A stretch of 64,000 nt of DNA from the human T2T-CHM13v2.0 reference genome, Homo sapiens. The stretch lies in the NCBI RefSeq assembly GCF_009914755.1, contig NC_060926.1; one strand, given 5' to 3'. Position 1 is the stretch's first letter. Every line of letters starts with the position of its first letter. Both the position numbers and the translations under genes were made by a program. This document shows, in pieces, positions 42,736 to 56,200 of this stretch. A model generated the notes under the pieces. It was not told the DNA's origin and did no database searches. It saw only the letters and a program-made list of their open reading frames with translations.

Positions 42736-45098
42736 TTTCCTCCTTAATTTCTTTCAAATACACAAAAAAATAATATGTTGTTCACCATGCTATACATATA
42801 TATAAATATATATAACTACAAACATAAAAAGAGACATGAAATATTTACTCTAAATTCATGATAGAACTAGAGATGGGATACAAAAAACAAACCTTTTTCT
42901 GTATTGTTTTATTTCACTTATTTTGTTAACAAAAAATATTTATGTAAATATGGCAATGTTAACTGTCAATTGTGAGTAATAGAAACTTTGATTGTTATAT
43001 AACTCTATTTTGCTACGTTTTTAAAAATTTCTCAAAATAAATTTAAAAAAAAGAATGCATTGACATGCGGTTGTTCCTAGATATCTTACACCTATTTTGT
43101 AGGGAAAATCACCATTGATTTCTTTCTCACATGGAATACAGAAGCCCCCAAAGATGTTGTGGGTTGATACTGAATATCAGTGAATTGGCTCAATGAGAAC
43201 TGTGGTCCCTAATTCTGTAGGCTTACCTACTTCATCGATCCATAAGGCCTTCCTTTCACAACTGTCCTGAGGTTACTAGGCTGAAGTGGGAGTACACTCT
43301 CATCAAACCCCAGCTCCCTCCCTAAGTATTCTGTAAGCTCCCTGTATCTAAACACTGGTACAACTCTGTTAGCTCTTAAAGTATGCATTACAGTGAAGGA
43401 GATGGGAGATAATTATTCTATTTAACACTGCTATCTTATTTAGAAAACAAATTTCAAAATTTGTAAACCCCAAGCATATGTTTTATAAAATAATTTTTAA
43501 TTATTATTCTCCAAACGGTGAAAACCACAGTCATCAAATTATGCTTTCCACTTGACTAAAACCAATTATCTGCTAAGGACTTCAACAGTCCTTAGCAGGA
43601 AACAGCAGAGAGATTCAGCAAGGAGAACATAATGTTATAGACTTAGCAAACAATAAAAGAAAAAGGCATAAAAAGTGTGTTACTTTTTATTGTAAAGTGA
43701 TATTTTGGAAACAGCCATGTTTCCATGGCTGTTACTTGGAAAAAGCCATGAGTTCTGTGGCTATGTGTGGTTATATGGAAAGGTGAAGCATAAGGTTAAA
43801 AAGGAAAGTTGGGTATAAATGAAGTAGGAAACTGAACTTCACACCAAGGAGTCTGGACTCGGTTCTGTGATCAATGAGAAGATACCTATAGATTGCCAAG
43901 AGAGGAGCGCACAATCTGGTCTGTGTTATGGACGTTAACTGCAATGCTCACTCTCCCTACTTCTGTCTGCCCTGGGACTCTTAACAATTTGCTTGATTCC
44001 TAACTTCTTCTCTTGCTCTGCACTTTGGTTTTTTGCTCTTCTGACCCACAGATTTACGTGCTTTCATTTCTAGGGACTGTGAGCCCTGAGAGTTGATTGA
44101 TTGGTTGTTCCTGCCTTGGGCTCATCTAGTCATTCCATCTTACCTCCTTGTTGCCCTGCCACTCCCAGTCCTGGCAAGAGAAAGCTCCACTGGGTTTTCT
44201 CTCTTTCTTCCTATTTGGGGGACTGCAGTGAGAGTAGTTTATTGTTTCTTTGGATAAGCATGACTCAAATTCATCATTAGTTGCAAGATTGTATAACTTT
44301 TTTAGGTAATGTTTTTATCTGCTAATACAAAACCAGCATGATTTCTAGCTTTCATTTCATACTTTCTAAACAATGACTTGAAATAGTTGATAATGAATTT
44401 CCCATCATGTGTGCTGACTCTATAGCAAATCAAATCCAGAAAACAGTTTATACTCCTAACTCCTCAAATTTTCTTTTCACACTTTTTTTCCCCTCGAATC
44501 ATCCCCTTCTGACATTGGTGAACATCTGTTCTTCCAATTATATTCAACTTATGATTGTGATAATGTGGTCTACTAGAATATTATTTCCAACTGTTCATAA
44601 TTTTAACATGTGCTAATATGAAGGAAAACATACTTTCAACATTTGATGTGTGGTAATAGCTTATGCCCTTTTTCTCAATGATTACATATTTTTCACGCCA
44701 TTATTTTGCATGCCAGAAAATCAGTACCTTAGGACAATCTTGGACAGCAAATAATATATCTGTGTTGCCTATCCAAAGCCACTATAGCATACATTTGCAA
44801 ACATAACCTCCAATGTGTACAACAGATGAGAGCAGAACTGTTCTAGCTGAATGGGGGGCTGGTCCAAGGCCCAGAGCCCTACTTAGCCTTCACAGAACTT
44901 TTGAGCTACTCAGATACAGAAAGTCACAAACCTAAAAGGTGGAGACTGGCAAGCAATTCTAACTCTTTGTATACCCTTGTAGCATGACAGTTAATAACCT
45001 AGTAGGTTGTCAATAAGTCCTTGATGATAATGAGTTGCCCTCTCACCCTCTCCAGAAACCACAGCTTCCTTTGGCGCTATGGTGGCCCTTTGGGCTAA

Positions 45099-45117
45099 TG
45101 CCTCTAGATGGCACTAT
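45099..45117 (+). promoter_or_regulatory. Candidate CTCF motif
   Basis: tgCCTCTAGATGGCACtat closely matches the CCASYAGRKGGCRS core; lies in non-repeat sequence. Confidence 0.4.
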
Positions 45118-45332
45118 TCTCATTAGGTAGCAAAGAACCCAGACTAATTACTAAGTTATTAACTCAATAGTACACAAGCAGGCCAACTAGAGATAAACAT
45201 ATTCAAAGTAAAGTTATAAATAATAAGATGTCAATTTACAATAAGAATTAAAGCTGTTTCCTAAAAATTCAGACACATGACAGATATTTTCTACTGGTTT
45301 TCCGTATCAGTGTTTATTGTGAACATCTAGGG

Positions 45333-45528
45333 CAGTGGTTCTGAAAATGTGGTCCCGAAAATGTGGTCCCAGGACCAGCAGCACCAATATTACCTGGGAA
45401 CTTGTTAGAAATGCAAATTCTCAGGTCCCACCCCAGATCTACTAAATCAACAACTCAGAGGTAGCCACCTGTGTTTTAATAAACCCTCCAGGTGATTTTG
45501 ATGCATGCCAAAGTTTGAGAACACCTGA
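45333..45528. mobile_element. MER5A
   Basis: cagtggttct..gggaacttgttagaaatgcaaattctcagg..aaagtttgagaac. Confidence 0.88.
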
Positions 45529-46954
45529 TCAAGGGTGATCCTCTGAGTCTGTTTTCAACTTTCAAAGTTGCCATTCATGTTCTCTTCAAATGTTCGCTTC
45601 TGTCTATAGTATGACTTAAGATAGCTCACTTGATCATGACCATATCCTTTTAATGTGATGTTGAATTCAGTTTGCTGGTATTCTATTGAGAATTTTTGCA
45701 TGTATGTCCCTCAAGGATATTGACCTATACTTTTCTTGTTTTGTCCTTATTCAGCTTTGGTGGTTTAATTTCTTTAACAGATACAGTCTATTCTGATCAT
45801 CTATTTTTCCTTGTGTGAGTTTTGGGAGCTTGTATCTTTCAATAAATTGGTCCCTTTTATCTAAGTTAAGTTTATTGTCCTTTTATTATCTAAGAGATCA
45901 GCAGCAATGAATCTTCTTTTCTTTCTGAATACTTGTAATTTGCGTCTTCTCTTTCTCCCCCCTTGGTTAGCCTGGCTACAGGCTTATTAATTTTATTAGT
46001 CTTTTAAATAACTAGCTTTTGGTTTGTTGATTTTTTTTCTAATAATTTCTTGTTTTCAACTTCATTGATTTGTGTTCCCATTTTTATCATCTTTTCTTCT
46101 CTTTGCTTTAGGCTTAAATTGTTCTTTCTCTGGTGTCCTAAGGCAGAAACTTAGGTAATTAACTTTATATCTTCCTTCTTCTCTAATACATGCAGTCAAT
46201 GCTATAAATTTCCTTCTAAGCACTAGTTTTGCTATATCCTACCAATTTTTATAAGTTGTATTTCCACTTTTATTTTGCTCAAAGTATTTTTATGTTACTC
46301 TTCAGACTTCACTGACCCATGTGTTATTTAAAAGTGTGTTGTTTAACTTCTAAATATATTGGGATTTCCTAGCTATGTTTCTGTTGTTGATTTCTAGTTT
46401 AATTCCACTGTGGTCTAAGAGCATACCTTGTATAATTTATACTCAATTTTAAGTTTCTTAAGGTATGTTTTATGGCCCGGAATGTAGTCTATCTTGGTGA
46501 ATGCTCCATGTGTGCTTGAGAAGACTATGTTGTTAGATGAAGTAGTCTATAAATGTCAATTAAATAAAGTTGACTGAAGGTGCAATTCAGTTCAACTATA
46601 TCTTTACTGCCTTTCTGTTTGCTGGATCTATTCATTACAGAAAAAGGATTGCTGATGTTTCCACTTATAATAGTGCAGTCTATCAGTTTTGCCTCCTGCA
46701 TTCTGACCTTTGTTGTTAGGTACATATTTGTTAAGGATTGTTATGTTTCCTTGAAGAACTGGTTCTATTATCATTATGTAATGCTCCTCTTTATCCCTGA
46801 CATTTTCTTTTTCTGAAGCCTGCTTTGTCTAAAATTAAAATAGCTACTCCAGCTTTCTTTTGACTAGTGCTACCATGGTATATCTCTGTATATCCCTTTA
46901 CTTGCAACATATCTGTGTCTTTATACTTAAAGTTTTTGTTTGTTTGTTTTAAAA

Positions 46955-47257
<303 letters not shown>

Positions 47258-47367
47258 TAAAGTGGTTTCTTGTAGACAACATATAGTTGGATCTCCCCCT
47301 ACCACTCCAACAATCTGTGTATTTTAATTGGTATATTTAGACCATTCACATTTAAAGTGATTACTGA

Positions 47368-47662
47368 GGCTGGGCATGGTGGCTCATGCCTGTAATCCCA
47401 GCACTTTAGGAGGCCAGGGCAGGTAGATCACTTGAGCCCAGGAGTTCAAGACTAGCCCAGGCAACATGGCAAAATCCTGTCCCTATAAAAAATATAAAAA
47501 TTAGCCAGGCATGCTGGCACACACTTGTGGTCTCAGCTACTCAGGAGGCTGAGGTGGGAATGATCACTTAAGCCTGGGAGTTTCAGGCTACAGTTAGTCT
47601 CGTTGGCACCACTGCACTCCAGCCTGGGTGACAGAGTGAGACTGTATCTCTAAATAAATAAA
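47368..47662 (+). mobile_element. AluJ
   Basis: Full Alu; TSD taaagtgattactga. Confidence 0.94.
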
Positions 47663-47846
47663 TAAAGTGATTACTGATATAGTTGAATTAATAGCTATCA
47701 TATTTATAAATGTTTCTTCTTTGTTATACTTGTTCTTTCTTTTTAAAATCCTACTCTCTATTCCTAGCTTTAATTGAGCATTTTAAATGATCTAACATTC
47801 TCTCTTCTTCTCATAATAATTATACTTATTAAAAAAATTTTTTTTT

Positions 47847-48162
<316 letters not shown>

Positions 48163-49415
48163 TCATCTGAAGTAACACTATACCATTTCACCGTTAGTCC
48201 AGGTATGTTACAACTGAGTATTCCCAATTCCTCTCTTCCATCCTTTATAACATGATTGACATTCATTTCATTTATCCATGTTGTAATTACCCAACATACT
48301 GTTACTTTTATTACTTTGAATAAACAGCTATCTACCAGATCAATTTGGAACAAGAAAAATAAACTTTTTAAACCTTTATTCCTTCTCCGATGCTCTTCTT
48401 TATACAGATTTGAGTTTCTAATCTCTATCGCTTTCCCTTCCCCTAAAGAACTTCTTTTAATATTTCTTGCATAGGATGTTTCCAGCAACTAATTTCCTCA
48501 GCTGCTGTTGGTCTGAAAAAGTCTTTCTTTCTCCTTTACTTTTGAAGGATGATTTCACTAGATAGAGAAATCCAGGTAAGTGTTATTTTTCATTCGACAC
48601 TAAATATTTCACTCCATTCTCCTCTTTGTTGAATGATTTCTGACAAGAAGTTCCCTGTAATTCTCATCTTCGTTCTTCTACAGGTAAGGCACTTTTTCCT
48701 CTGCCTATTTTCAAGATTTTGTCTTTGGCTTTCTGCAACTTAAGAATGACATATGTAGGTGTAGAGCCTTAGTATTGATCCTGCTTAGTGTGCTCTGAGA
48801 TTCCTAGACCTGTGTTTTGTCATCTGGCATTAAGTACTTCAACTCTTATCTTCTCCATTTTCTCTTTCTTCTTGATCTGGTATTCCAATTATGCATATGT
48901 TACACCTTTTGAAATTGTCCCACAACTCTTGGATGTGCTGTACTTTTATAAATTATTTTTTTCTCTTTGCATTTCAGTTAGGAAAATTTCTATTAACCTA
49001 TTTTTCCAGCCCACTGATTTTTTCCTCAGCTTCATCCAGCCTGCTGGTGAGTCCATCAAAGGCATTTTTCATTTTTGTTACGGTGTTTTCTAATATTTCC
49101 TTTTGATTCTTTCTTAAGAGTTCCCTACTGTCTGCTTGCATTACCCATCTGTTCTTGCATGCTGCTTCTTCCATTAGAGTTCTCAACGTAGTAATCATGG
49201 TTACTTTAAATTCCCGATCTGATATTTCTAAAATTGGTAATAAGTATATATCTGACTCTGGTTCTGATGCTTGCTTTGTCTCTTCAGACTGTTTTTTCTT
49301 ACCTTTTACAATGCCTTCTAATTTTACTTTTTGCTTAAAGCTGGACATGATGTATTAAGTAATAGGAATGAGGTAAATAGACCTTTTATGTGAGGCTATA
49401 TGTTAATGCCACTAG

Positions 49416-49865
<450 letters not shown>

Positions 49866-50514
49866 TAGCTCCTATAGTTATAATGAACTATTATTAAGGT
49901 AGAGGCCTGTAGACATGGTGGTAAAATGAGGAGGGAAACATCCTATAATGTAATGATTAAACCTCAGTCTTTCAGTGGGCCTGAATGCCTGTGCTGTGAT
50001 CTTCAAAAGTTTTTGTCATCTTTTTTTCTCCTCCAGCATGTGAGACATGAAGGCTAGGGGAAGACGGAGTTGGCTAACTGCCCTTCCCCCCAGGTTGGAT
50101 AAAGCTCTGGAACTCTTTTTCCCTTGGAAAGTAAGCCATGTTATTGAGAATATTCTGGACATACTGCAAAATGCTTACTTCTCTTCCACTCCTAACAAAA
50201 AACCATAGAGGACATTTCTCAAATTTTCACAAAAGTACCTGATAAGGTTCCTAGAAGTAATACCTATGAAAGTGAAGAAGTCCCCCAAGAATAGGCTTGC
50301 AGAAGTTTGTTACTTTTAAAATAGTCTGTACTTTACCCCCAGCAATTCATCAAAATCACCATTTATGTATTCTACACTTATGTAGTGTATTCTACATAAA
50401 CGGCACTAGTGTCTTCTACAATCTTCATTGTATTTCCTTGTCTCTCTAGATTTTAGGTGACAATTTGTCCTGTGACCTCAATTCTCTGAAAGGTCTAAGA
50501 AAAATGATTTTTAG

Positions 50515-50837
<323 letters not shown>

Positions 50838-52394
50838 TCAGCTTTTTTCTTATTGCGAGGAGAGAAGTGACAAACTCCAAGTTCTACATGTCAGAGCTGA
50901 AACTGGAAGTCCACTATTTATTTTTAAAAAAATTCTATGCTAAATATTTTCTTAATGTATAACATATGCCAAATACAAGTTTTGAACAGGTAATAAGCAA
51001 ATAAATGTTGAAAAAAAATACCCTGAAAATCTAAATGTAACTATTTCACTAACATTTAAGATACACACTTCATCACGATATTGACATAGGGGAAAAAGCA
51101 CTAAAAATATGGTCCCTTGTGCTGCTATTCCTAGATGCTTACTTCAGCCTAGAAAATATCTGAGCTATTACACAAAGTATTATTCATTGAAAAATCTCAT
51201 CTCTTAGTGCCAAGGTGCTAACGTTTGTTAGGCTTTAGGCTGAAAATGTTTAAGCATAATTAAACCATTATGAAGTTTTAGTATTTCTTTTCAACCTTTA
51301 ACTTACAGGACACCGATTTTTTATTTTCTTATTCAGTTTTCCATACTAAATTGTTTAATAAGCACATATAACTTTTTAATCTAAAAATACAATAAAGGAA
51401 GGTAATCCATTTTGAAAATAAATAGAAAATTATACAACATACTCCCTGCAGCTAAAGGGTCAGTTGCAAAATACAAGGTTAACAATTAGATAAAACTAGA
51501 TAAATTGATACTGTTTATCTGACGTGCAACATTTACACAAATTAATAACAGATTAGTAAACTAATGTTTTTCAGAAAGTATTCAGAGGAGTTCACATATG
51601 CAGCCATATTTATTGCCACCACATTCAAATTTTAAAATAGAAACAAAAAATTGTATCTGATATGAGGATCAGAGGCTGAGGTCAGAGATTACAATTAAAA
51701 ATAAATATAATCAAAACTAGCCTTCAAAGAGTACAGGCTTTTGTATGTTCAACCTTGTACATCAATGTCTAAAAGAATCATGCATATATAATAACGAAGA
51801 CTATAGATGTAAAATGTAACTTTATTGTAAAATATCTTTAAAACTGAGAAGCTCAATAAGCACAAAAAGATGCTCATACCACTAGAGAGACGTACAAGAA
51901 CCAGAAGCAAACTGGGCAATGAAGTCACAGCCACCTCGATCTCACCTCAAATTAACTAAAGGAAACCCCCTAGGACAAAACGCCCTTGAATGGAATGCCT
52001 ATAGAGCATTCCAATTGTTACACCTTTTGAAAGTGTCCTTCAACTCTTGGATATGCTGTACTTTTATAAAGTTATGTTTATGTTTTATAAACTTATATTT
52101 AAGTTATTTTTTCTCTCATTTTTTATTTTTTGGAACAGTGAACATGCTAGAATTCTCACAGATTTAAAGGAGGTAGTTTGCATCTCCATGGTATTACTTC
52201 TTCCATTTAGAAACCTTCCAGCATGGAGTCCTGGCTCTCTCTCCAGCTCTCAAAGTCCCTCTCAAACTGGCCCTGCTTAGCAGTAACATCGCTATTAAAT
52301 CTTGCTCCCTTCTGTGCTACTCTTTCTGTCTGTTGTACCTCTGCACCCACCTCCATGCCCTAAATCCAAATTTTATTCAATTGTGAAAACCAGC

Positions 52395-52741
52395 TGTAAT
52401 GGTCTGAATGCTTATATGGCCCCCAAATCCATAGGTGAAACCCTATGCCCAAATGCTATTAAGAGGTGGAGAGGGGTCTTTGGGAAGTAATTAGGATCAG
52501 ATGGGGTCATGAGGGTAGAGCCCGCGAGAGTCCCAAGAGGGCTTGCCTCCTGTGTCCACCACGAGAGGACAGCAAGAATGCCACCTGTGAATCGGGAAGT
52601 AGGTTTTCATCAGACATCGAATCTGCCAGTGCAGACTGGACTGGACGTCCAGTCTCAAGAAACTATGAGAAATCAATTTCCATTTTTAAAAGCTACTTAG
52701 TCTATGGTATTTTGCTATAGCAGCCCAAACTGACTAAGACA
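52395..52741 (+). mobile_element. MLT1A/MLT1A0 MaLR solo LTR
   Basis: tgtaatggtctgaatg..cccccaaatcc..agtctatggtattttgctatagcagcccaaactgactaagaca. Confidence 0.88.
52412..52584 (-). CDS. LDAH: Candidate alternative terminal coding exon of LDAH within an antisense MLT1A LTR
   Basis: Acceptor cctacttcccgattcacag|GT. In frame with the 144-nt exon it gives GGILAVLSWWTQEASPLGTLAGSTLMTPSDPNYFPKTPLHLLIAFGHRVSPMDLGAI*. Minus-strand AATAAA at 52377-52372. It resembles a short LDAH isoform C-terminus as I recall it. Confidence 0.55.
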
Positions 52742-52898
52742 CATGCCTACTCCACAAAGTCTCTCCTAACCCACACTGTGTTTTCTCCTTTGTTTACCCC
52801 TTAGGTGTCTATATGATTAGCAGGCCACGGTTTATCACTTAATTATTCTCTAAATATGAGAGAAAAAGCTTCTTTAAAGTAAAGAACATGGTTTATAA

Positions 52899-53190
52899 AA
52901 GGGGTTCCCAACCCCTGTCTGTGGCCTGTCAGGAACCCGGCCACACAGATGAAGGTGTGCGACGGGCGAGTGAGCATTACCGCCTGAGCTCTGCCTCCTG
53001 TCAGATCAGCGGCAGCAATGGATTCTCATAGGAGTACCCTACTGTGAACTGTGCATGCCAGATCTAGGTTGCACACCTGTTAATCTGAGGTGGAACAGTT
53101 TCATCCCGAAACCATCCACCCCTCCCCAGTCTGTGGAAAAATTGTCTTCCACAAAACTGGTTCCCAGAGGCCAAAATGGTTGGGGACTGC
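52899..53190. mobile_element. MER1B (hAT-Charlie)
   Basis: gagcattaccgcctgagctctgcctcctgtcagatcagcggc..gaggtggaacagtttcatcccgaaacc..ggttggggactgc. Confidence 0.9.
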
Positions 53191-53498
53191 TTTTTCCCCA
53201 CCATTCCTCCTAGAACAACCCTGGAAAAATAATACATGATCAAAAAACACACAGTTGATTACTAATTGGTAAATAAAGAAGGCAAGTCATAGATTGTTTT
53301 ATCTACCCATATTCTTACAGAAAATTACATGAAGAGTTAAAATGTCTCTAAAAATCCTAAGTTTACCAAAATATGGCACCATGGGCCTAATGCCACAAGC
53401 AGAGGTTTCCACTGGTGTAACTCTTAACCTTAGCAAGCTTGCTAGAAACATGACCCTGCACTCACTCTAAAGGAAAGTAGATATTAACAAGGACATAC

Positions 53499-53642
53499 CC
53501 TCTGATGTTGTAAGAATCTTCTTGTCTTTGGGAGCCAACGCATGCCCAGCATGACTGATAGTCCAAACTGGAAAGCGTCTGTTTGTCAAAGAGTATAAAG
53601 CCTTTGCAAATGGCACATAAAAGGCAGAAAAACCTGGGTTAC
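53499..53642 (-). CDS. LDAH: LDAH internal coding exon (likely exon 3; ~G52-E99), 144 nt, phase 1-1
   Basis: Encodes (G)NPGFSAFYVPFAKALYSLTNRRFPVWTISHAGHALAPKDKKILTTSE, recognised as LDAH/C2orf43. Acceptor ttcttag| at 53644-53643, donor G|GTATGT at 53498-53497. Confidence 0.96.
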
Positions 53643-53899
53643 CTAAGAAAAGAAACACAGACCTTAGATTAATCAAAGTAATAAACAGGCATAAGATGAC
53701 ACGCAGGCTAGAAAAGATGGGTCTGTTTCTTTTCACACTTTCCTCTGAATTCTTCAGAGTACCCAAGAGAGATTATCTTCAAACTTCCATTAAAATCACA
53801 GCAGTACCCTATTTAAACACCCTTCAGTGTCTTCCAGATAAAGTCATCTGGAAGAAGTCTAAAATCAGTAATACTGCATATAAGGCACTTCAAGATTTG

Positions 53900-54925
53900 G
53901 TCATGCTCAGTTAACAAGATGCATGAAAACCAGAAAAACAAGCCAGCCAAAATAGTGTAAGAAGCATGCACAGGGAGAGCTTTAAGGAGTCTACTGTTTC
54001 CTTGTCACTTATCACTAGCACTTATAATTGTAAACAGGTGTACAGCTTGATCTTTTGGGGAAACAAACGTCTACAAGTACATGTAGATTTTTCTTATGTG
54101 TGTACAGAAGGTATTTTTGACATGAGTTTGCTATAAAGAAACAATAAATAAACGATCTTTTTAAAAACATTCAATCTGATAGATCTGTAGGGGGGAAATT
54201 ACAACGAAATGGGATTTTCATCTTGTAATCATCATCTATATAAAGTCTTCACAGCTACTAGTCCATTTCCATCAATATCTATTTCTCTGATCAGTTTATC
54301 TATTTCTTCATGTTGTTAGGCTTTCTGGTCTCTGCAATTACATGACATGGCTCTGGAGCACTGATGTAAATAACCACTGTCATCCTTGTCGAATTTCACT
54401 GATTTCTACTCCATTTTTATATCTTTCAGTTTGCTAGATAAGCAGTGTAGTAAAGTGGTTAAGAGCATAGACTCTGAAGCCAGACTACCTGGGTTGGAAT
54501 CTTGGCTTTGCCACTTACCAACTGTGTGAGCTTTGGCCAAGCTATTTAACCTCCCTCTGCCTTGGTTTCCTCATCCACAAAATGTGTAATAATGGTACTA
54601 CCTCATTTGAAGACTAAGTGAATCAATGTACAAAGCATTGTAACACTGCCTGAAACACAGCAAGTATTATATAAATGTTAGGTATTCAAACTTGTACAAC
54701 AACGTCTAGCTATAACGGTAATATACAACGGCCGTAGCATCCATATTATTTTGCTTCTGTTGCATTCTGACCTAGTGACCCAAGTTCCAAATTCCTTTTT
54801 GTGATGGTGCTTTTGGCTTCTTTGTCAAATAGGATGAAAACTTCCTCAAATGCAGAAATATATTCTTTGGTCAGTTTATTGGCCACTGTATAGCTAAGGA
54901 AGAAAGAAGGGAGGAAGGGCATACC
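53900..54925 (-). pseudogene. Decayed processed calmodulin pseudogene (CALM1-like), interrupted by a MIR
   Basis: Minus strand from 54886 reads [38 protein letters not shown] (calmodulin: [38 protein letters not shown]). After the MIR it reads [24 protein letters not shown]..MMITR* (TGA at 54220-54218), followed by CALM1-like 3'UTR blocks. No introns; frameshifts and stops present. Confidence 0.88.
54441..54686 (+). mobile_element. MIR inserted in the calmodulin retrocopy
   Basis: gtagtaaagtggttaagagcatagactctgaagccagactacctgggtt..ggtttcctcatc..taaatgttaggtatt; near full length. Confidence 0.9.
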
Positions 54926-54969
54926 AGCACAGGGGCTATAACATCTATGGAAGCTGTGGGTGGCACTGT

Positions 54970-55490
54970 TTCATGTTTTATGCATTTAAGTCTTCAGTAA
55001 GTTTAGAATACTTTTTAGTATAAAATACTAAGTAGCAATCCAACTTTTTTCCAAGTGACTGGCCAATTGTTCCAAGACCATTTATTATATAATCCATTCT
55101 TTCTGCATTGATTTGAAATATCTTCAGACCCAATACTACATTTTTACATTCACTTGCTAATTCTGATACCAAATAATTCAGTTTATTTTTCCTTTTCTCC
55201 TCTGCCAGGACCATACTGTCTTAATTACTACATTTTTTTTTAAGTGTTAACAGGTAGGGCAAATCCCTTCCCTTTTTCTTTTTCTAAATTTTCTAGGCTG
55301 TTCTCATAAACTTTAGGGTTATTTTCACTAGTTTCAATTCTTAAAAATCTCTTTGGGATTGTGACTAAAATTTCATCTCATTAATATATTACTTTACAAA
55401 AATTTTATATTTTTATATTACTGAGTATAACCTTCTAGGAATATGTTATACCTCATATTCACATGTCTTACGTTGCTCATAGATTTCTTC
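54970..55490 (-). mobile_element. Old L1M ORF2 fragment
   Basis: tttttccaagtgactggccaattgttccaagaccattt..tttgggattgtga. Confidence 0.6.
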
Positions 55491-55499
55491 ATATGGCTA

Positions 55500-55690
55500 G
55501 AAAATAATAATAGCTAATATTTTTAGGTACTATAACTTACTACATGCCAGGCAGTGTTTAGGTGCTTTACATATATTATTTAATTATCATATGAGGTAGC
55601 ACTATCATTACTTCCATTTTATGGATGAGGAAACTGAGTACAGAGAGGTTAAATAACTTAGCCAACATCACATATATGGTAAGTGCTAAA
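55500..55690 (-). mobile_element. MIR
   Basis: ccattttatggatgaggaaactgagtacagagaggttaaataactt. Confidence 0.85.
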
Positions 55691-56056
55691 TAAATATTTG
55701 ATGACTGAAAGTATATACAAAAGAAAATCATAATACTGAATTTTTAAAAAACATCAGTAATCCGGTGTAGGATCTTCTGCCTTCCTTGTTTTAGTTAGTC
55801 TTACAATATCTCTATAAAGTAGTTGGCATTTTCATTAGAAATAACGAATGGATAGCCACTTGCACAAAACTTGGCACATGGTAGGGGCTGAATAAATGGC
55901 AGCTATTAATACCACAGCTATTATAACAATTAAAAACTGGTGTAACATTAAGGAGACACTAAAGATAACCCCATGATTTAGATGTAAGTTACAATGACAC
56001 GATATATGAAAAACAGTGAGTACTAGATAATGGATACTTAATGCATGCAGGCATTA

Positions 56057-56200
56057 AAACCTAGATGATGGGTTGACAGGTGCAGCAAACCACCATGGCA
56101 CATGTATACCTATGTAACAAACGTGCACATTCTGCACATGTATCCCAGAACTTAACATATTTTTTTAAATGAGGAAGAATAAATAAATAAATAAAACAAA
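56057..56200 (+). mobile_element. L1PA 3' tip
   Basis: aaaacctagatgatgggttgacaggtgcagcaaaccaccatggcacatgtatacc. Confidence 0.9.

Noticed and set aside
43227-43280. Possible 54-nt poison cassette exon (ctcccacttcag| ... TAG|GTAAGC, minus strand)
   Set aside because: Short pyrimidine tract; such pseudo-exons are common by chance in long introns and nothing else supports it.
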